From Actinomycetes bacterium (GTDB taxonomy: Bacteria > Actinomycetota > Acidimicrobiia > Acidimicrobiales > Acidimicrobiaceae): a stretch of DNA of 64,000 nt. Shown here in pieces: positions 1 to 9,654 of the stretch. The stretch lies in assembly GCA_021850605.1 (NCBI GenBank), contig JAJZLQ010000081.1, positions 13,679-77,678 on the forward strand, given 5' to 3'. A program made the translations under genes and the position numbers. The notes beneath the pieces were generated by a model. It was not told where the DNA came from, did not search any database, and was given only the letters and a program-made list of their open reading frames with translations. Each line of letters opens with the position of its first letter. Position 1 is the first letter of the stretch.

Positions 1-279
1 GCCCTCCCAGGTAGGGCGGCTGCGACCGAAGATCGTCTTGATGCCAAGGTTTACCAAGATGCTCTCGGCCAAAAGTGCCGCTGCCGCGCGAACTGCGTAG
101 CGCTCTCCACCCTTTCGCAGTCCTCGAACAGCTGAAAGTGTGAACCAGAGAATGGAGTGGTCAGCAACGTTCGACGCCCCGAACAGGATCCGGTTTGCCA
201 TGGGCAGGCCGCGCAAGGGGGAAAAGATTGTGTCGACCGCATCGTCGAATGGCTTGAAAAGCTCGTGTACGTCCGTCAA
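1..279 (-). CDS. PAP2-family phosphatase, 5' part only (runs off window start)
   Basis: Not in the ORF track. Hand translation from TTG at 279, which overlaps the nuclease stop: LTDVHELFKPFDDAVDT...LVNLGIKTIFGRSRPTWEG. Contains PAP2 motif K-x6-RP after hydrophobic helices. Confidence 0.75.
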   Translation of the reverse strand, partial: MTDVHELFKPFDDAVDTIFSPLRGLPMANRILFGASNVADHSILWFTLSAVRGLRKGGERYAVRAAAALLAESILVNLGIKTIFGRSRPTWEG

Positions 280-1136
280 TTGCTTAGACCGTCCACAGCG
301 CCGCCACCGCGGCTGCCGTCCTTCCTCGAACCACGAGAGACCTTAAAGGTCTCCAGCAGTGAGAGGCTACCCCCTTGGGCGGGGCATAGGTCCTGGTAGC
401 AGCAAAAGCGGCACAACTTCGATGGCCTTGGACGGAAGTCCTCGCGCTCGCAGGCATTGCAGACGGCGCGCCAGACTGCTTCGGTCCGGGAGGTGAGGCC
501 CTTTAGGGTCTGCTCGGTGGGCGAGGCCACGATGCGCGTGGCGTCGCGGAGATAGACAAGCTGGACCCGAGAGGGACGCTGACCAAGCACTTTTTCACAG
601 AGCAGCGCGTAGAAGTAGACGCCACTCAGGCGTTCGTTCTCCTGGACCTCGCCGGGGAGCTTCCCGGTCTTGTAATCGGTTACCGTGAGGGTGCCGTCAT
701 CGTTCAGGTCGAGCCGGTCTATGACACCGCGCAGCGTGACGCCACCCAAGCTGGTCTCCAACCTCAGCTCGGTTGCGATCGCCGTGACCTTGGTGGGGTC
801 TTCAGCCTCGAAGTCCTGTAGTACCAGGGTGCGCATTTCCCTGTGCAGCGAGTGGAGGTTGGTGGCCGTCGATTCGAGTCCGCTCAGCGTTCCTTCGGAC
901 AATGCCTCCGCCCATACCTCTTCGGCGAGTTCCAAGGCTCGTTCGCGGGTGCGGTTGGCGCCGTCATATCTGAAGTAGAGCCTGTCCAGGACGGTGTGGG
1001 CGAGCGTGCCTCTCAGGGTCCAGGGGGTTATCGGCTGGGGTATCTTGTCGATGACCGACAGGCGGAAAGCGAGTCCGCACTCCTTGAAAGAACTAACTTT
1101 GGACGCCGTAATCGAGCCCGGTACCTGTAAACCCAT
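276..1136 (-). CDS. RecB-family PD-(D/E)XK exonuclease (Cas4-like solo nuclease, probable Fe-S cluster)
   Basis: GVIDRLD...DYKTG nuclease motifs; one N-terminal Cys (KECG) and C-terminal CRFCCYQDLC. Confidence 0.85.
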   Translation of the reverse strand: MGLQVPGSITASKVSSFKECGLAFRLSVIDKIPQPITPWTLRGTLAHTVLDRLYFRYDGANRTRERALELAEEVWAEALSEGTLSGLESTATNLHSLHREMRTLVLQDFEAEDPTKVTAIATELRLETSLGGVTLRGVIDRLDLNDDGTLTVTDYKTGKLPGEVQENERLSGVYFYALLCEKVLGQRPSRVQLVYLRDATRIVASPTEQTLKGLTSRTEAVWRAVCNACEREDFRPRPSKLCRFCCYQDLCPAQGGSLSLLETFKVSRGSRKDGSRGGGAVDGLSN

Positions 1137-1215
1137 ATCACTCAGCCAACGTCACCTTTTGTTGGCTTCGATTTTACCAGCTTGATGCCCTGCAGCGGTT
1201 CCGCGGTATTGCGTC

Positions 1216-2091
1216 CTAGCCGAGGAATGCCTCGGCCATTCCCGCAACTTCGGAAGGGGACTCGAAGGGTCCGAAGTGTCCGAGGCCCTCGGCGATCGCC
1301 GGTTCTGCCACCGTACTCCTGGCCGCGAGCAGGGAAATGTGCTCAAAGCTGAACGAGTCGGTGCGTCCCCCGGCCACCAGAAGCGAGCGTGCCTTGAGAT
1401 TGCCCATCCTGTCCCATGCATCGTGGCAGATTGCCTGGGTATAGACCTCGGCTTCGATCTCGCGAGGGCATGTGAGATGGATCTGGCCGTCAAAGCCGCG
1501 GGTCCAGCCCGTCTCGAGATAGAGGTCGATCGTTCGCGGATCGAAGGTGTTCATCGGAGGTTTGGAGGTGAAGTTCGCTGCGGCTTCCGCACGGGTGGAA
1601 AAGGTCTGGCGCCGTTTGCGGGTCAGGACCGCGAGCGAGGCCTCCTCATCCGGTTCGGGCTGGGCGGGTCCGATCACCACCGGCTCGTAGAGGTAAAGAG
1701 ACCTGAACAGCCCCGGGCGCTCCTGCTCCGCGAGGAGGAGTCCCGCGCCTCCGTAGGAATGGCCGAAGCCGTGCCAGGCCTTGCCGCCGATGTGGTGGAT
1801 CGCTTCCTGGATGTCCTGGCTAAGGACGCTCCATGGCAAGTCCGCAGGAAACGCGCCGCCAGAGCCGCCGTGGAATCGGGCGTTTAGTCCCCAGCAGTGG
1901 AAGCGATGCCGCAGTTCACTGGCGATTGGGAGGTACATCCGCGCGCTGAAGCCCGTCGCATGCACGAAGAGCAGGTTGTCTCCCGTGCCGCCGAAATCTT
2001 CCAACACGATGCCCGTTTCATCGGATGCGTAGAATATTTCGGTGTGAAGGGCTCGGAATTTGGTCATTGCAAACGAATTGTAGGACGTCAC
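1216..2091 (-). CDS. alpha/beta-fold hydrolase
   Basis: HATGF oxyanion motif, GHSYGG nucleophile elbow, C-terminal GHFGP His. Confidence 0.85.
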   Translation of the reverse strand: MTSYNSFAMTKFRALHTEIFYASDETGIVLEDFGGTGDNLLFVHATGFSARMYLPIASELRHRFHCWGLNARFHGGSGGAFPADLPWSVLSQDIQEAIHHIGGKAWHGFGHSYGGAGLLLAEQERPGLFRSLYLYEPVVIGPAQPEPDEEASLAVLTRKRRQTFSTRAEAAANFTSKPPMNTFDPRTIDLYLETGWTRGFDGQIHLTCPREIEAEVYTQAICHDAWDRMGNLKARSLLVAGGRTDSFSFEHISLLAARSTVAEPAIAEGLGHFGPFESPSEVAGMAEAFLG

Positions 2092-2143
2092 GGCCCCACA
2101 AGCTCCCAGGAGCCGTGTACTCGCGGCTGCCGAGCCATCTGAA

Positions 2144-3571
2144 ATGCGTGGTCTTGGGCTTTCGCTTTTTCTCTCCGAGCTTCCAGGAACTGGTGGGATG
2201 CCGGTCGCGGATCTTTCGGAGCTTCCCGGCCTGGCGGAGTGGGCTGCACGGTGTGGGTTGGCTTCGCTGTGGCTGGGGCCACTGCTCCTGATGCCGCCCG
2301 GCTTGCCGGTCGGGCCGTACAGCCCGGAGTCGCGCTTCCTGGTGGACCCGCTTTATTTTCCGGCCCTCGGCCCGGAAAAGCCCGATGGGTCCACCATCGC
2401 CCAACGCGTCTTCGCCCAACGCAAGGCGCGCGCCGCCACCTACCTTGCTGCCGGGCCCGAGGCCATCCGGAGCCAACCTGCCTACAACTGGGACGCGGAA
2501 GCACGCATCCGCGAGTTGCTGAAGCCGGCACAAGTCGAATTGGCAGGCCAGGTGTACGCACGTCTGGCGGGCTATGTAGGCCGGGACTTGAACCGGATGC
2601 GTGATGTCGTGATCACATCGCAGGCACTGGCCCACGGAATGATTGCAGCTGCAAACCGGCGGCTCCCCATCGGTCTCGACCTCCCTGTTGGCGTGGTGCC
2701 CGACGGCGTTGATGCGGTTGCGCTGAGCGACTGGGCCGTGCGGGGCGGTGCACTTGGAGCTCCGCCCGACTATTTCAACCCCAATGGTCAGTCCTGGGGG
2801 CTCGTCGGGTTTGACCTCGGAGCTTTTGGCCCAGAGCAGGACTACTTCCCTCTAATCGGGGCTTTGGAGATTTTCTCTTCCACGGCGAGCGGGTTTCGAA
2901 TAGACCATGCGATAGGACTCCAGCGCCTTTGTGTGGTCCGCGAGCGCGAGGACGGCGCTGGTGACGCGGTATTCGTCCCGCAACCTCGCGATGGGACACT
3001 CGCGCGGCTTGCGAAGCTTTCGAAAACGCGTGGGCTGACACTCGTTGCCGAGGACTTGGGGGTGGTGCCGGATGGGCTCCGTGAGGCGCTTTCGGGGGCC
3101 GGCCTTCTGCTCAGCAAGGTACTTTGCTTCGAGCATGAGGCACCCTCCACCTTTCCGGAGGCTTCGGCGCTGTCATTCGGTACTCACGACACGCCGACTC
3201 TGCGCCAGCTGGCCGGATTGTGTGCTGAGCCCGCCGCCTTCGGCGAGGCTGCTGACCTCGTTGCGAGTCATTTGGAGCGTGCCACCGGCGGGAGGGGAAT
3301 CGAGGCGCGTTTTCGGGCGACGGCAGAGGAGCTTGCCGGCCCGAACCCAGCCGGTTACTTTGGCGAAGTCCTGCCACGGGCACTGCGGGTCCTGGAAAGT
3401 TCTCCTTCGAGGCTTGGCCTCATAAGTCTCCGCGATTTACTCGGCTCCTGCGAACGACTTAATCTGCCAGGCGTTGGCCAGGATCATCGGGACAATTTTT
3501 TTCTGCCGCTGGTCGATCGTGCCCAGCTCGGGTCGTTGATCGGCCTTGACCAGATATTCGATGGTTGCTGA
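2144..3571 (+). CDS. malQ: 4-alpha-glucanotransferase (amylomaltase, GH77)
   Basis: GAPPDYFNPNGQSWG, FRIDHAIG, AEDLG, GTHDTPT and NLPG motifs; catalytic Asp/Glu/Asp present. Confidence 0.85.
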   Translation: MRGLGLSLFLSELPGTGGMPVADLSELPGLAEWAARCGLASLWLGPLLLMPPGLPVGPYSPESRFLVDPLYFPALGPEKPDGSTIAQRVFAQRKARAATYLAAGPEAIRSQPAYNWDAEARIRELLKPAQVELAGQVYARLAGYVGRDLNRMRDVVITSQALAHGMIAAANRRLPIGLDLPVGVVPDGVDAVALSDWAVRGGALGAPPDYFNPNGQSWGLVGFDLGAFGPEQDYFPLIGALEIFSSTASGFRIDHAIGLQRLCVVREREDGAGDAVFVPQPRDGTLARLAKLSKTRGLTLVAEDLGVVPDGLREALSGAGLLLSKVLCFEHEAPSTFPEASALSFGTHDTPTLRQLAGLCAEPAAFGEAADLVASHLERATGGRGIEARFRATAEELAGPNPAGYFGEVLPRALRVLESSPSRLGLISLRDLLGSCERLNLPGVGQDHRDNFFLPLVDRAQLGSLIGLDQIFDGC

Positions 3572-3595
3572 GGACCCCGCTAGTAGTGTGATCGC

Positions 3596-4186
3596 GTGGA
3601 AAACTTCATCTCCTCATACGGCCTGCTAGCCGTCTTCGTCCTGATGACACTCGAGTCCGCGCTGATTCCGGTGCCCTCCGAGATTGTTATGCCATTTGCG
3701 GGCGTTCTGGCCGGCCTCGGGAAGATGAACTTGGCGGCAGCGATCCTTGCCGGAACCTTCGGCAACCTTTTGGGAAGCTATATCGCCTGGGCGATCGGCC
3801 GCACCGGCGGAAGGGCGCTGGTGCTGCACTTTGGCAAGTACGTGAGAATCCGTGAAGAGGACGTCCATCGTGCCGAGAAGTGGTTTGCACGCCGGGGCGA
3901 GGCTGCCGTCCTGGTGGGCCGCCTGCTGCCGGTGATTCGTACCTTTATTTCACTTCCGGCCGGCGTAGCCGAAATGAAGCCCGTCCGCTTTGGCGTTTTC
4001 ACGCTTATCGGGGCTCTTCCTTGGTCTGCGGCGCTAGCCCTGGTCGGTTACGCAGTTGGCTCGAACTTCACCTACGTGGCGAGCTACATAAAGTACGCCG
4101 GTTACCTGATTGCGGTGGTGGCGGTAGTGGTGATTGTGCGCTTCTTCATCAAGCGCTTCCGCTCTGCGGACAAGCGTCTGGTTTAG
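3596..4186 (+). CDS. DedA-family membrane protein
   Basis: ESALIPVPSEIVMPFAG and GRLLPVIRTFISLPAG motifs. Confidence 0.9.
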   Translation: MENFISSYGLLAVFVLMTLESALIPVPSEIVMPFAGVLAGLGKMNLAAAILAGTFGNLLGSYIAWAIGRTGGRALVLHFGKYVRIREEDVHRAEKWFARRGEAAVLVGRLLPVIRTFISLPAGVAEMKPVRFGVFTLIGALPWSAALALVGYAVGSNFTYVASYIKYAGYLIAVVAVVVIVRFFIKRFRSADKRLV

Positions 4187-4209
4187 GGCGTCGCTAAGCT
4201 TTAATCGTT

Positions 4210-4284
4210 CGGGGAGTGGCGCAGCGGCAGCGCACCTGGTTTGGGACCAGGGGGTCGGGGGTTCAAATCCCCCCTCCCCGACCA
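4210..4284 (+). tRNA. tRNA-Pro(TGG)
   Basis: Cloverleaf CGGGGAG...CTCCCCG-ACCA, anticodon loop TT-TGG-GA, GTTCAAAT T-loop. Confidence 0.95.
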
Positions 4285-4343
4285 ATGGCCAGGTTGCCTG
4301 GCACGGGGGTTCCGGATGGCCGTCAGGCTAGTATCTGGGAACG

Positions 4344-4418
<75 letters not shown>

Positions 4419-4823
4419 GATTTTCTTCCTTCAGCCCTAAAAGGCCGTTCGAGTCCCCGGGCTCGCCGGTCGGGCGTGCAAATAGCGGATACGAGGTGTA
4501 GGTTGCACTAGGTTGCCACCGTGGACCTGCGGGACCGGCCGTTGGCGGATGGCCTCAGCGCAGGAGACCGTACGCAGTCCCAATGTGACGGTTCCGTACA
4601 TGCGCCCTGCATGCTTCCGAGCGGCGAGCTCCTAAGCGTCAACCGGACCCGTGCTCGGCGGTCGCTTGGTTGGCTTGACTTGCTTGGGTAAGATGGATGC
4701 CCAGCAGTGCCGGGGACCACGCCGGCTCGCAGCTCAGCGCGAAGGGGGCCGCCTTTTGGCGTGCTCTAACCAGGCCAGGCCACGGTCTGCCGGATCGGGG
4801 CCTCGGCGCCCTACTGGGAGGCC

Positions 4824-5420
4824 TTGATGTTCAACGATATCCCGATCGGCATGCTCGAGCGCATGCAAGAGCTTGAGCGCCTTGACCAGGCCGATCGTAT
4901 CGATGGAACTCCCCGGCTTGACCGGCTCCGCCAGATTCCGGAGGAGACGGGGCGCTTCCTTGCGCTTTGGGCGGCCTCGGCCCCAAAGGGCGCATTCATC
5001 GAAATCGGGACCAGTGCCGGCTATTCGACACTCTGGCTCTCGCTGGCCTGCAGGGCGAGCGCTCGCACCCTCACGACCTTTGAGGTGTTGCCGCGGAAGG
5101 TCGCTCTCGCCCGCGAGACATTCTCGCGAGCCGGCGTTAACGACGTGGTCAAGCTGGTCGAGGGCGACTTTCTTGATTACGCAGACGAGTTTGAACAGGT
5201 GGGGTTCTGCTTCCTCGACGCCGAAAAGGAAGTGTACGAGGCCTGTTACAACGTTGTTGTGCCGCGCCTCGTGCCCGGAGGCATTTTGATCGCGGACAAC
5301 GCCATAAATCACCGCGAGACACTGCAGCCAATGCTGGATGCCGCCCTCGTCGATGATCGCGTCGACGCTCTCGTAGTTCCCATCGGCAAGGGTGAGCTGG
5401 TTTGTCGCCGGAAGACTTGA
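4824..5420 (+). CDS. class I SAM-dependent O-methyltransferase
   Basis: [19 protein letters not shown] and IADN motifs. Confidence 0.85.
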   Translation: MMFNDIPIGMLERMQELERLDQADRIDGTPRLDRLRQIPEETGRFLALWAASAPKGAFIEIGTSAGYSTLWLSLACRASARTLTTFEVLPRKVALARETFSRAGVNDVVKLVEGDFLDYADEFEQVGFCFLDAEKEVYEACYNVVVPRLVPGGILIADNAINHRETLQPMLDAALVDDRVDALVVPIGKGELVCRRKT

Positions 5421-5673
5421 GCCGCTACGGATGTTGGCGTGACTCAGTGTGTCGTGTGGTAACGGGTGAATCACTCCTGTTGACGGGTGAGCTGCATCCT
5501 CGGGAACGCCGATGGTGAGGGTGACCACCGGATCCAAATCATGCCCTGTGGTGGGAGTTGCGCCGGTGGTGTTTTGGCCACAGGCGCATAGGCCCCCGCT
5601 CCAGATACTTTTGCGAAGGCATCCCGGGCCGACGTAGCCGCCGCCCAGTACCGGCCACGTGCGCGCCGGCCCG

Positions 5674-6009
5674 TCACATACCGCCGTCGGCCTTTGATGC
5701 GTGCCTTTGGGTCGCGTCGCGGCCCGCGGTCGGCTCTAGGTTTCCCACCCAGGAGGTACGACGTGGCGGCAACGCCGCGGCCAACTGTTCGGAGCCAAGG
5801 TACACGCCGATCTTTTGAGACAATGCCGGCCCGCACCCAAAAAGATCGAGGCGGATTTGCTGGCCATGGGTTTCCAACTCGAATGCGCTCAGCATTTGCT
5901 CGACCGAGCCCTTTTCGTCCTGGCGCGCGTCCTTGATGGCAGGTTCGAAGGCCGTAAAGGGTTACGCGGGGTCCCCGTATTGGCGGAGGAAGCTGCTAAT
6001 CGAGTCCAT
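5674..6009 (-). pseudogene. possible interrupted gene of unknown family
   Basis: One frame reads MDSISSFLRQYGDPA*PFTAFEPAIKDARQDEKGSVEQMLSAFELETHGQQIRLDLF... with an in-frame TAA at 5962-5964. Confidence 0.3.
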
Positions 6010-6515
6010 GGAGCCGCCTGTTCCGCCCACTCGTTGGACGAAAGGGCGAGGGGGTTCCGATGTTCGTGTGGGCAACCTTCCGCCAGTGGACGAACCATGG
6101 CACTGCGGCGCATGGCCCCGGAACGTTTGTGCAGCCGGCCTTAGGTACACGCCGGCGTTTGCTCAGGCGCTTATCCAATACGGCCATCGGCCGAGAAAGG
6201 GCCGAGAAAGGGAGGATGTCCAGCCGGTGGAATCAGCCCGGGGATATCCAAGGCGGCAGTCCATACTGGTGCTTCGCAGAATCCGGACGGGGCTGCAGCC
6301 GGGAAGTGCCCAATAGCGGATGCACTCAGGCCCTGGCTGCGCGCTTTCAAATCGAGCGGTGGCGGCCTTTCGCAGACGAGTTGAGCGCCAATACGCCATG
6401 GTGAGGTCATCCCCGCGAAGGCGGTGTTGGATCGCGTGATCGGCTGACTCTCTAATTCAGGCGGCAGCCTTCATTGATGCCAACTCCATCCGCGCTGCCT
6501 ACCTGGGCGGCTAGA

Positions 6516-6531
6516 ATACCCCTAAGGGTAT
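6516..6531. promoter_or_regulatory. CsoR/CstR-type operator upstream of the repressor
   Basis: Palindrome ATACCC-CTAA-GGGTAT just before the GGAGG RBS. Confidence 0.75.
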
Positions 6532-6548
6532 TGATGGAGGCACCAGCG

Positions 6549-6854
6549 ATGAGCAACGATACCGAGTTGGCTGAGCCGCAGCCCGCCGGAATCCAGCTGA
6601 GCGACGACGAAGCCAGGGACCTTTTGCGCCGGCTCGCTCGGGTCGAAGGCCAGGTTAGAGGTCTGGCCAGGATGATAGAGGAACGTCGTGAGTGCGACGA
6701 TGTGGTAACACAGTTCCAGGCAACCCTCAAGGCGCTGGAGCGGGTTGGCTTCAGGATGGTGGCTGCCCAGTTGTTCGCGTGTGCGAAGAGGGACGACGTC
6801 CAGTCGCTGGAGGAGTTCGAGAGGCTGCAGAGCCTCTTCTTGAAGCTTAAGTAG
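6549..6854 (+). CDS. CsoR/RcnR-family repressor, CstR-like (Cys...Cys without the Cu-binding His)
   Basis: RLARVEGQVRGL, RECDDV and QLFAC; Gln occupies the His position of the CsoR HxxxC motif. Confidence 0.85.
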   Translation: MSNDTELAEPQPAGIQLSDDEARDLLRRLARVEGQVRGLARMIEERRECDDVVTQFQATLKALERVGFRMVAAQLFACAKRDDVQSLEEFERLQSLFLKLK

Positions 6855-6901
6855 TGCGTTCGGGCGGCGACGGCGACGCTGGCGCCAGGAGCGTTAACGC
6901 A

Positions 6902-6932
6902 AGACCGCCGCGGCCAATGGCCGCGGCGGTCT
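6902..6932. terminator. hairpin between the convergent repressor and rhodanese genes
   Basis: Perfect 14-bp stem AGACCGCCGCGGCC-AAT-GGCCGCGGCGGTCT. Confidence 0.75.
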
Positions 6933-6954
6933 CTCTGTTCTTGGGATCCGAAGC

Positions 6955-7302
6955 TCAGGCGACGGTTCCGGGCCGACCGTTCCCGGCAACGATGTCGAGT
7001 CCATGCCGCGCCCAGGAGACCATGCCTCCATCGAGATTGTGGACGTTGAATCCGTGCTGAGCAAGGAAGGCTGCGGCACTCGCCGAGCGTGAGCCTCCGC
7101 GACAGACGACGATCACGGGCTTGGTCTTGTCGATCTTGTGGAGGTTTGCCGGGATGGTGTTAAGGGGTATGTGCTTCGCGGAAGGAGCGTGCCCGTGGTC
7201 CCACTCCATCTTCTCGCGAACATCGACAAGCTGAGCACCATCGGAGATCATTCCTTGGGCGTCGCGGGCGGATACTGAGGGAAGCTTGGTTCTGAAGAAC
7301 AA
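6955..7302 (-). CDS. single-domain rhodanese (sulfurtransferase)
   Basis: LVDVRE, GHAPSAKHIPL, active loop VCRGGSRS, NLDGGMVSW. TTG start chosen after AAGGAG; ATG at 7335 is an alternative. Confidence 0.9.
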   Translation of the reverse strand: MFFRTKLPSVSARDAQGMISDGAQLVDVREKMEWDHGHAPSAKHIPLNTIPANLHKIDKTKPVIVVCRGGSRSASAAAFLAQHGFNVHNLDGGMVSWARHGLDIVAGNGRPGTVA

Positions 7303-7336
7303 CAGTCTCTCCTTGGGTCGGGACTTTTGATCCATA

Positions 7337-7352
7337 ATACCCGGGAGGGTAT
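7337..7352. promoter_or_regulatory. second CsoR/CstR-type operator, upstream of rhodanese
   Basis: ATACCC-GGGA-GGGTAT, with the same half-sites and spacing as 6516-6531. Confidence 0.75.
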
Positions 7353-7494
7353 CTTTGACGCCCCGCAATGTACGTACATTTAAGCGTGCTTTAATTTTCG
7401 CCCTAGCTGGCGTCGCGCTGGGACGCGGGCTCGGCCGAGGCCGGCCATGGGCAAATGAAGCAACCTGACCTTGGGCAACTAACTTGGTACCCAT

Positions 7495-8892
7495 ATGCAA
7501 TCCCACACCGAGCAACTCGACAATAACCAGATAAAGCTTCTCGTGGAGGTTCCCGAGGAGGAGCTGGCGCCAGAGGTGGAAAAGGCCTTTCTAAAGGTGT
7601 CACGGCAGGTTCGACTGCCCGGATTCCGACCGGGCAAGGCGCCGCGGCGGGTGTTGGAAGCCAAGCTTGGCCAAGGATTTGCTCGGGCCGAGGCGATAAA
7701 TGACAACGCCGGCCGCTGGGCTGAGCAGGCAATAATCGACAACGAGGTCGAGGCGATCTCCCGTCCGTCGGTGACGGTCACCGAAGGCGAGGACGAGGGG
7801 CCGCTCAAGCTCGATGTGGTCGTCGAAGTTCGGCCGGCGTACGCCATCGAGGGCTACGGTGACCTTCGCATTGAATTCCCGTCGCCGAACGTTTCGGACG
7901 AGGAGATCACCGACCAGATCGAGAGGTTGCGCGAGGCCTTCGGCAGTTACGAGGACGCCGCCGAGCCAATCGGTGAAAACTCCGTTGCCACCATCGACTT
8001 TGAGGTTGCCGAGGAGGGCTCGGACCCAAGTGCGGTGACTGATTACGTGCTCAGGATCGGTGCCGCCGAGCCGGTGGAGGGCCTCGCGGAGGCACTGTCC
8101 GGGAAGTCTGTCGGCGATACTTTCGAGTTCGAAGTTCCGCCTTCGGAAGAGGGCGGCACGCCACGCAAGGTGACCGGTACGGTCAAGGCCCATCAGTCGC
8201 TGGTCAAGCCCGAACTGGACGATGAATTCGCCAAGGACGTCTCGGAGTTCGAGACCCTGGCCGAACTTCGCGAGGATGTGCGGACCAGCCTCGAAAACTT
8301 CCGCCGCTCGCTGCTTAGAAATTCGTGGCGGCAGGTGCTGGCGAACTCCCTTTCCGAGGCCGCAGGCATAACCGACCTACCTGGTTCCCTGGTACAACGA
8401 GAGTTCGAGAACCTCTCCCACGACTTCGGCCATCGCATTGAGAACACCGGTTTGAGCTTTGCGAAGTATCTCGAGATCGCCAATACCACGGCCAACGAGC
8501 TCTCCTCGCGGCTGGCCTCGGAGGCGGTCATTGAGACCCGCCTGGACCTGGCTCTTAGGGCTCTGGCAACGGCGGAGGGCCTCGAAGCCGACGAGGAAGA
8601 GATTGATGAGCAGGTAGCTCAGATCGCCCAGGCCAGCGGACTTGATCTGGACGACGCAAGGGAGCGCCTGCGTCTCAGTGGGCAACTCTTCGCGCTGCGG
8701 GCGGAGATCGCAAAGCGTAAGGCTCTCGACTGGGTTTTCGAGAATGCGCAGCTCGTCGACGACAAGGGCAATGTCCTCAGCCGCGCTGACATTACGGGCG
8801 AGGCCCCCAAGGCCGAGGAACCCGAGGTTGAGGCTGAGCCCGAAGCGTCGACAGGGGCCGGAGAAGTTGACGGGGAAGAGGCGGCGGAGTAG
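7495..8892 (+). CDS. tig: trigger factor
   Basis: [10 protein letters not shown] ribosome-binding motif; upstream of clpP-clpX. Confidence 0.95.
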   Translation: MQSHTEQLDNNQIKLLVEVPEEELAPEVEKAFLKVSRQVRLPGFRPGKAPRRVLEAKLGQGFARAEAINDNAGRWAEQAIIDNEVEAISRPSVTVTEGEDEGPLKLDVVVEVRPAYAIEGYGDLRIEFPSPNVSDEEITDQIERLREAFGSYEDAAEPIGENSVATIDFEVAEEGSDPSAVTDYVLRIGAAEPVEGLAEALSGKSVGDTFEFEVPPSEEGGTPRKVTGTVKAHQSLVKPELDDEFAKDVSEFETLAELREDVRTSLENFRRSLLRNSWRQVLANSLSEAAGITDLPGSLVQREFENLSHDFGHRIENTGLSFAKYLEIANTTANELSSRLASEAVIETRLDLALRALATAEGLEADEEEIDEQVAQIAQASGLDLDDARERLRLSGQLFALRAEIAKRKALDWVFENAQLVDDKGNVLSRADITGEAPKAEEPEVEAEPEASTGAGEVDGEEAAE

Positions 8893-8951
8893 ATCCGCGC
8901 TTTGCGTCGTTGACCTACCCTAGAGTGCTGTCCGGCAAGAAGGAGTCGCAG

Positions 8952-9575
8952 GTGAAAGCTTTCAATTATCTGGTTCCAACGGTGGTGGAGTCTTCCAGCC
9001 GGGGCGAGAGGGCGTATGACCTTTATTCGCGGCTGCTCCGGGAGCGTATCATCATCCTGGGTACCGCAATCGACGACGCCGTTGCGAACCTGGTCTGTGC
9101 CCAGATGCTCTTTCTCGAGTATGAGGACCAAGAGAGGGATATAAATCTCTATATCAACTCGCCTGGCGGTGACATAACCGGGCTGTTTGCCATCTATGAC
9201 ACCATTAAGTTCATCCGGCCTGATGTGTCCACTTTCTGTTTTGGTCAGGCGGCCTCTGCCGCCGCCGTGCTTTTGGCAGCCGGAGCCAAGGGAAAGCGGT
9301 TTGCTCTGCCGCATGCTCGAGTTCTGCTGCACCAGCCCTACGGCGGAGTAGGTGGCCAGGCAACCGACATCGAGTTGCAGGCTAAGGAAATCCTGCGTAT
9401 GCGGGACCTGCTCAACGAGATGCTGGCCGCCGACACAGGGCAGGCCGTGGACAAGATTCAGGCTGATACCGACCGGGATTTCATCCTTGATGCCGTGGAA
9501 GCCCGTGAGTACGGGGTCATCGACGAGGTTCTTTCTTCTAGAGGCGCTGTGGAGGCGGGCGCGATCGCCCGCTAG
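8952..9575 (+). CDS. clpP: ATP-dependent Clp protease proteolytic subunit
   Basis: [23 protein letters not shown] (Ser), HQP (His), DRD. GTG start after AGGAG. Confidence 0.97.
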   Translation: MKAFNYLVPTVVESSSRGERAYDLYSRLLRERIIILGTAIDDAVANLVCAQMLFLEYEDQERDINLYINSPGGDITGLFAIYDTIKFIRPDVSTFCFGQAASAAAVLLAAGAKGKRFALPHARVLLHQPYGGVGGQATDIELQAKEILRMRDLLNEMLAADTGQAVDKIQADTDRDFILDAVEAREYGVIDEVLSSRGAVEAGAIAR

Positions 9576-9654
9576 ACAGACTGTGATCTTGGGCCCGGGA
9601 TGTGGCGCCTGGCCCACCGGCGAGGCTAAGGTACCGAATTGGAGGTAGCGGGGG

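Noticed and set aside
276-1136. Cas4-like nuclease as evidence of a CRISPR system
   Set aside because: No repeat-spacer array or other cas genes; solo RecB-family nucleases are common in Actinobacteria.
1-4186. PAP2 and DedA as an undecaprenyl-phosphate recycling module
   Set aside because: Opposite strands, separated by unrelated genes; no evidence of linkage.
4447-4465. GTTCGAGTCC T-loop-like motif (another near 59611) as a tRNA remnant
   Set aside because: No paired T-stem, acceptor stem or anticodon arm.
6189-6260. 11-bp tandem GGCCGAGAAAG and an MSSRWNQP frame resembling MTGRWNQP near 63633 (minus strand)
   Set aside because: Similarity is limited to about 27 nt and found post hoc; neither frame looks like a known protein.
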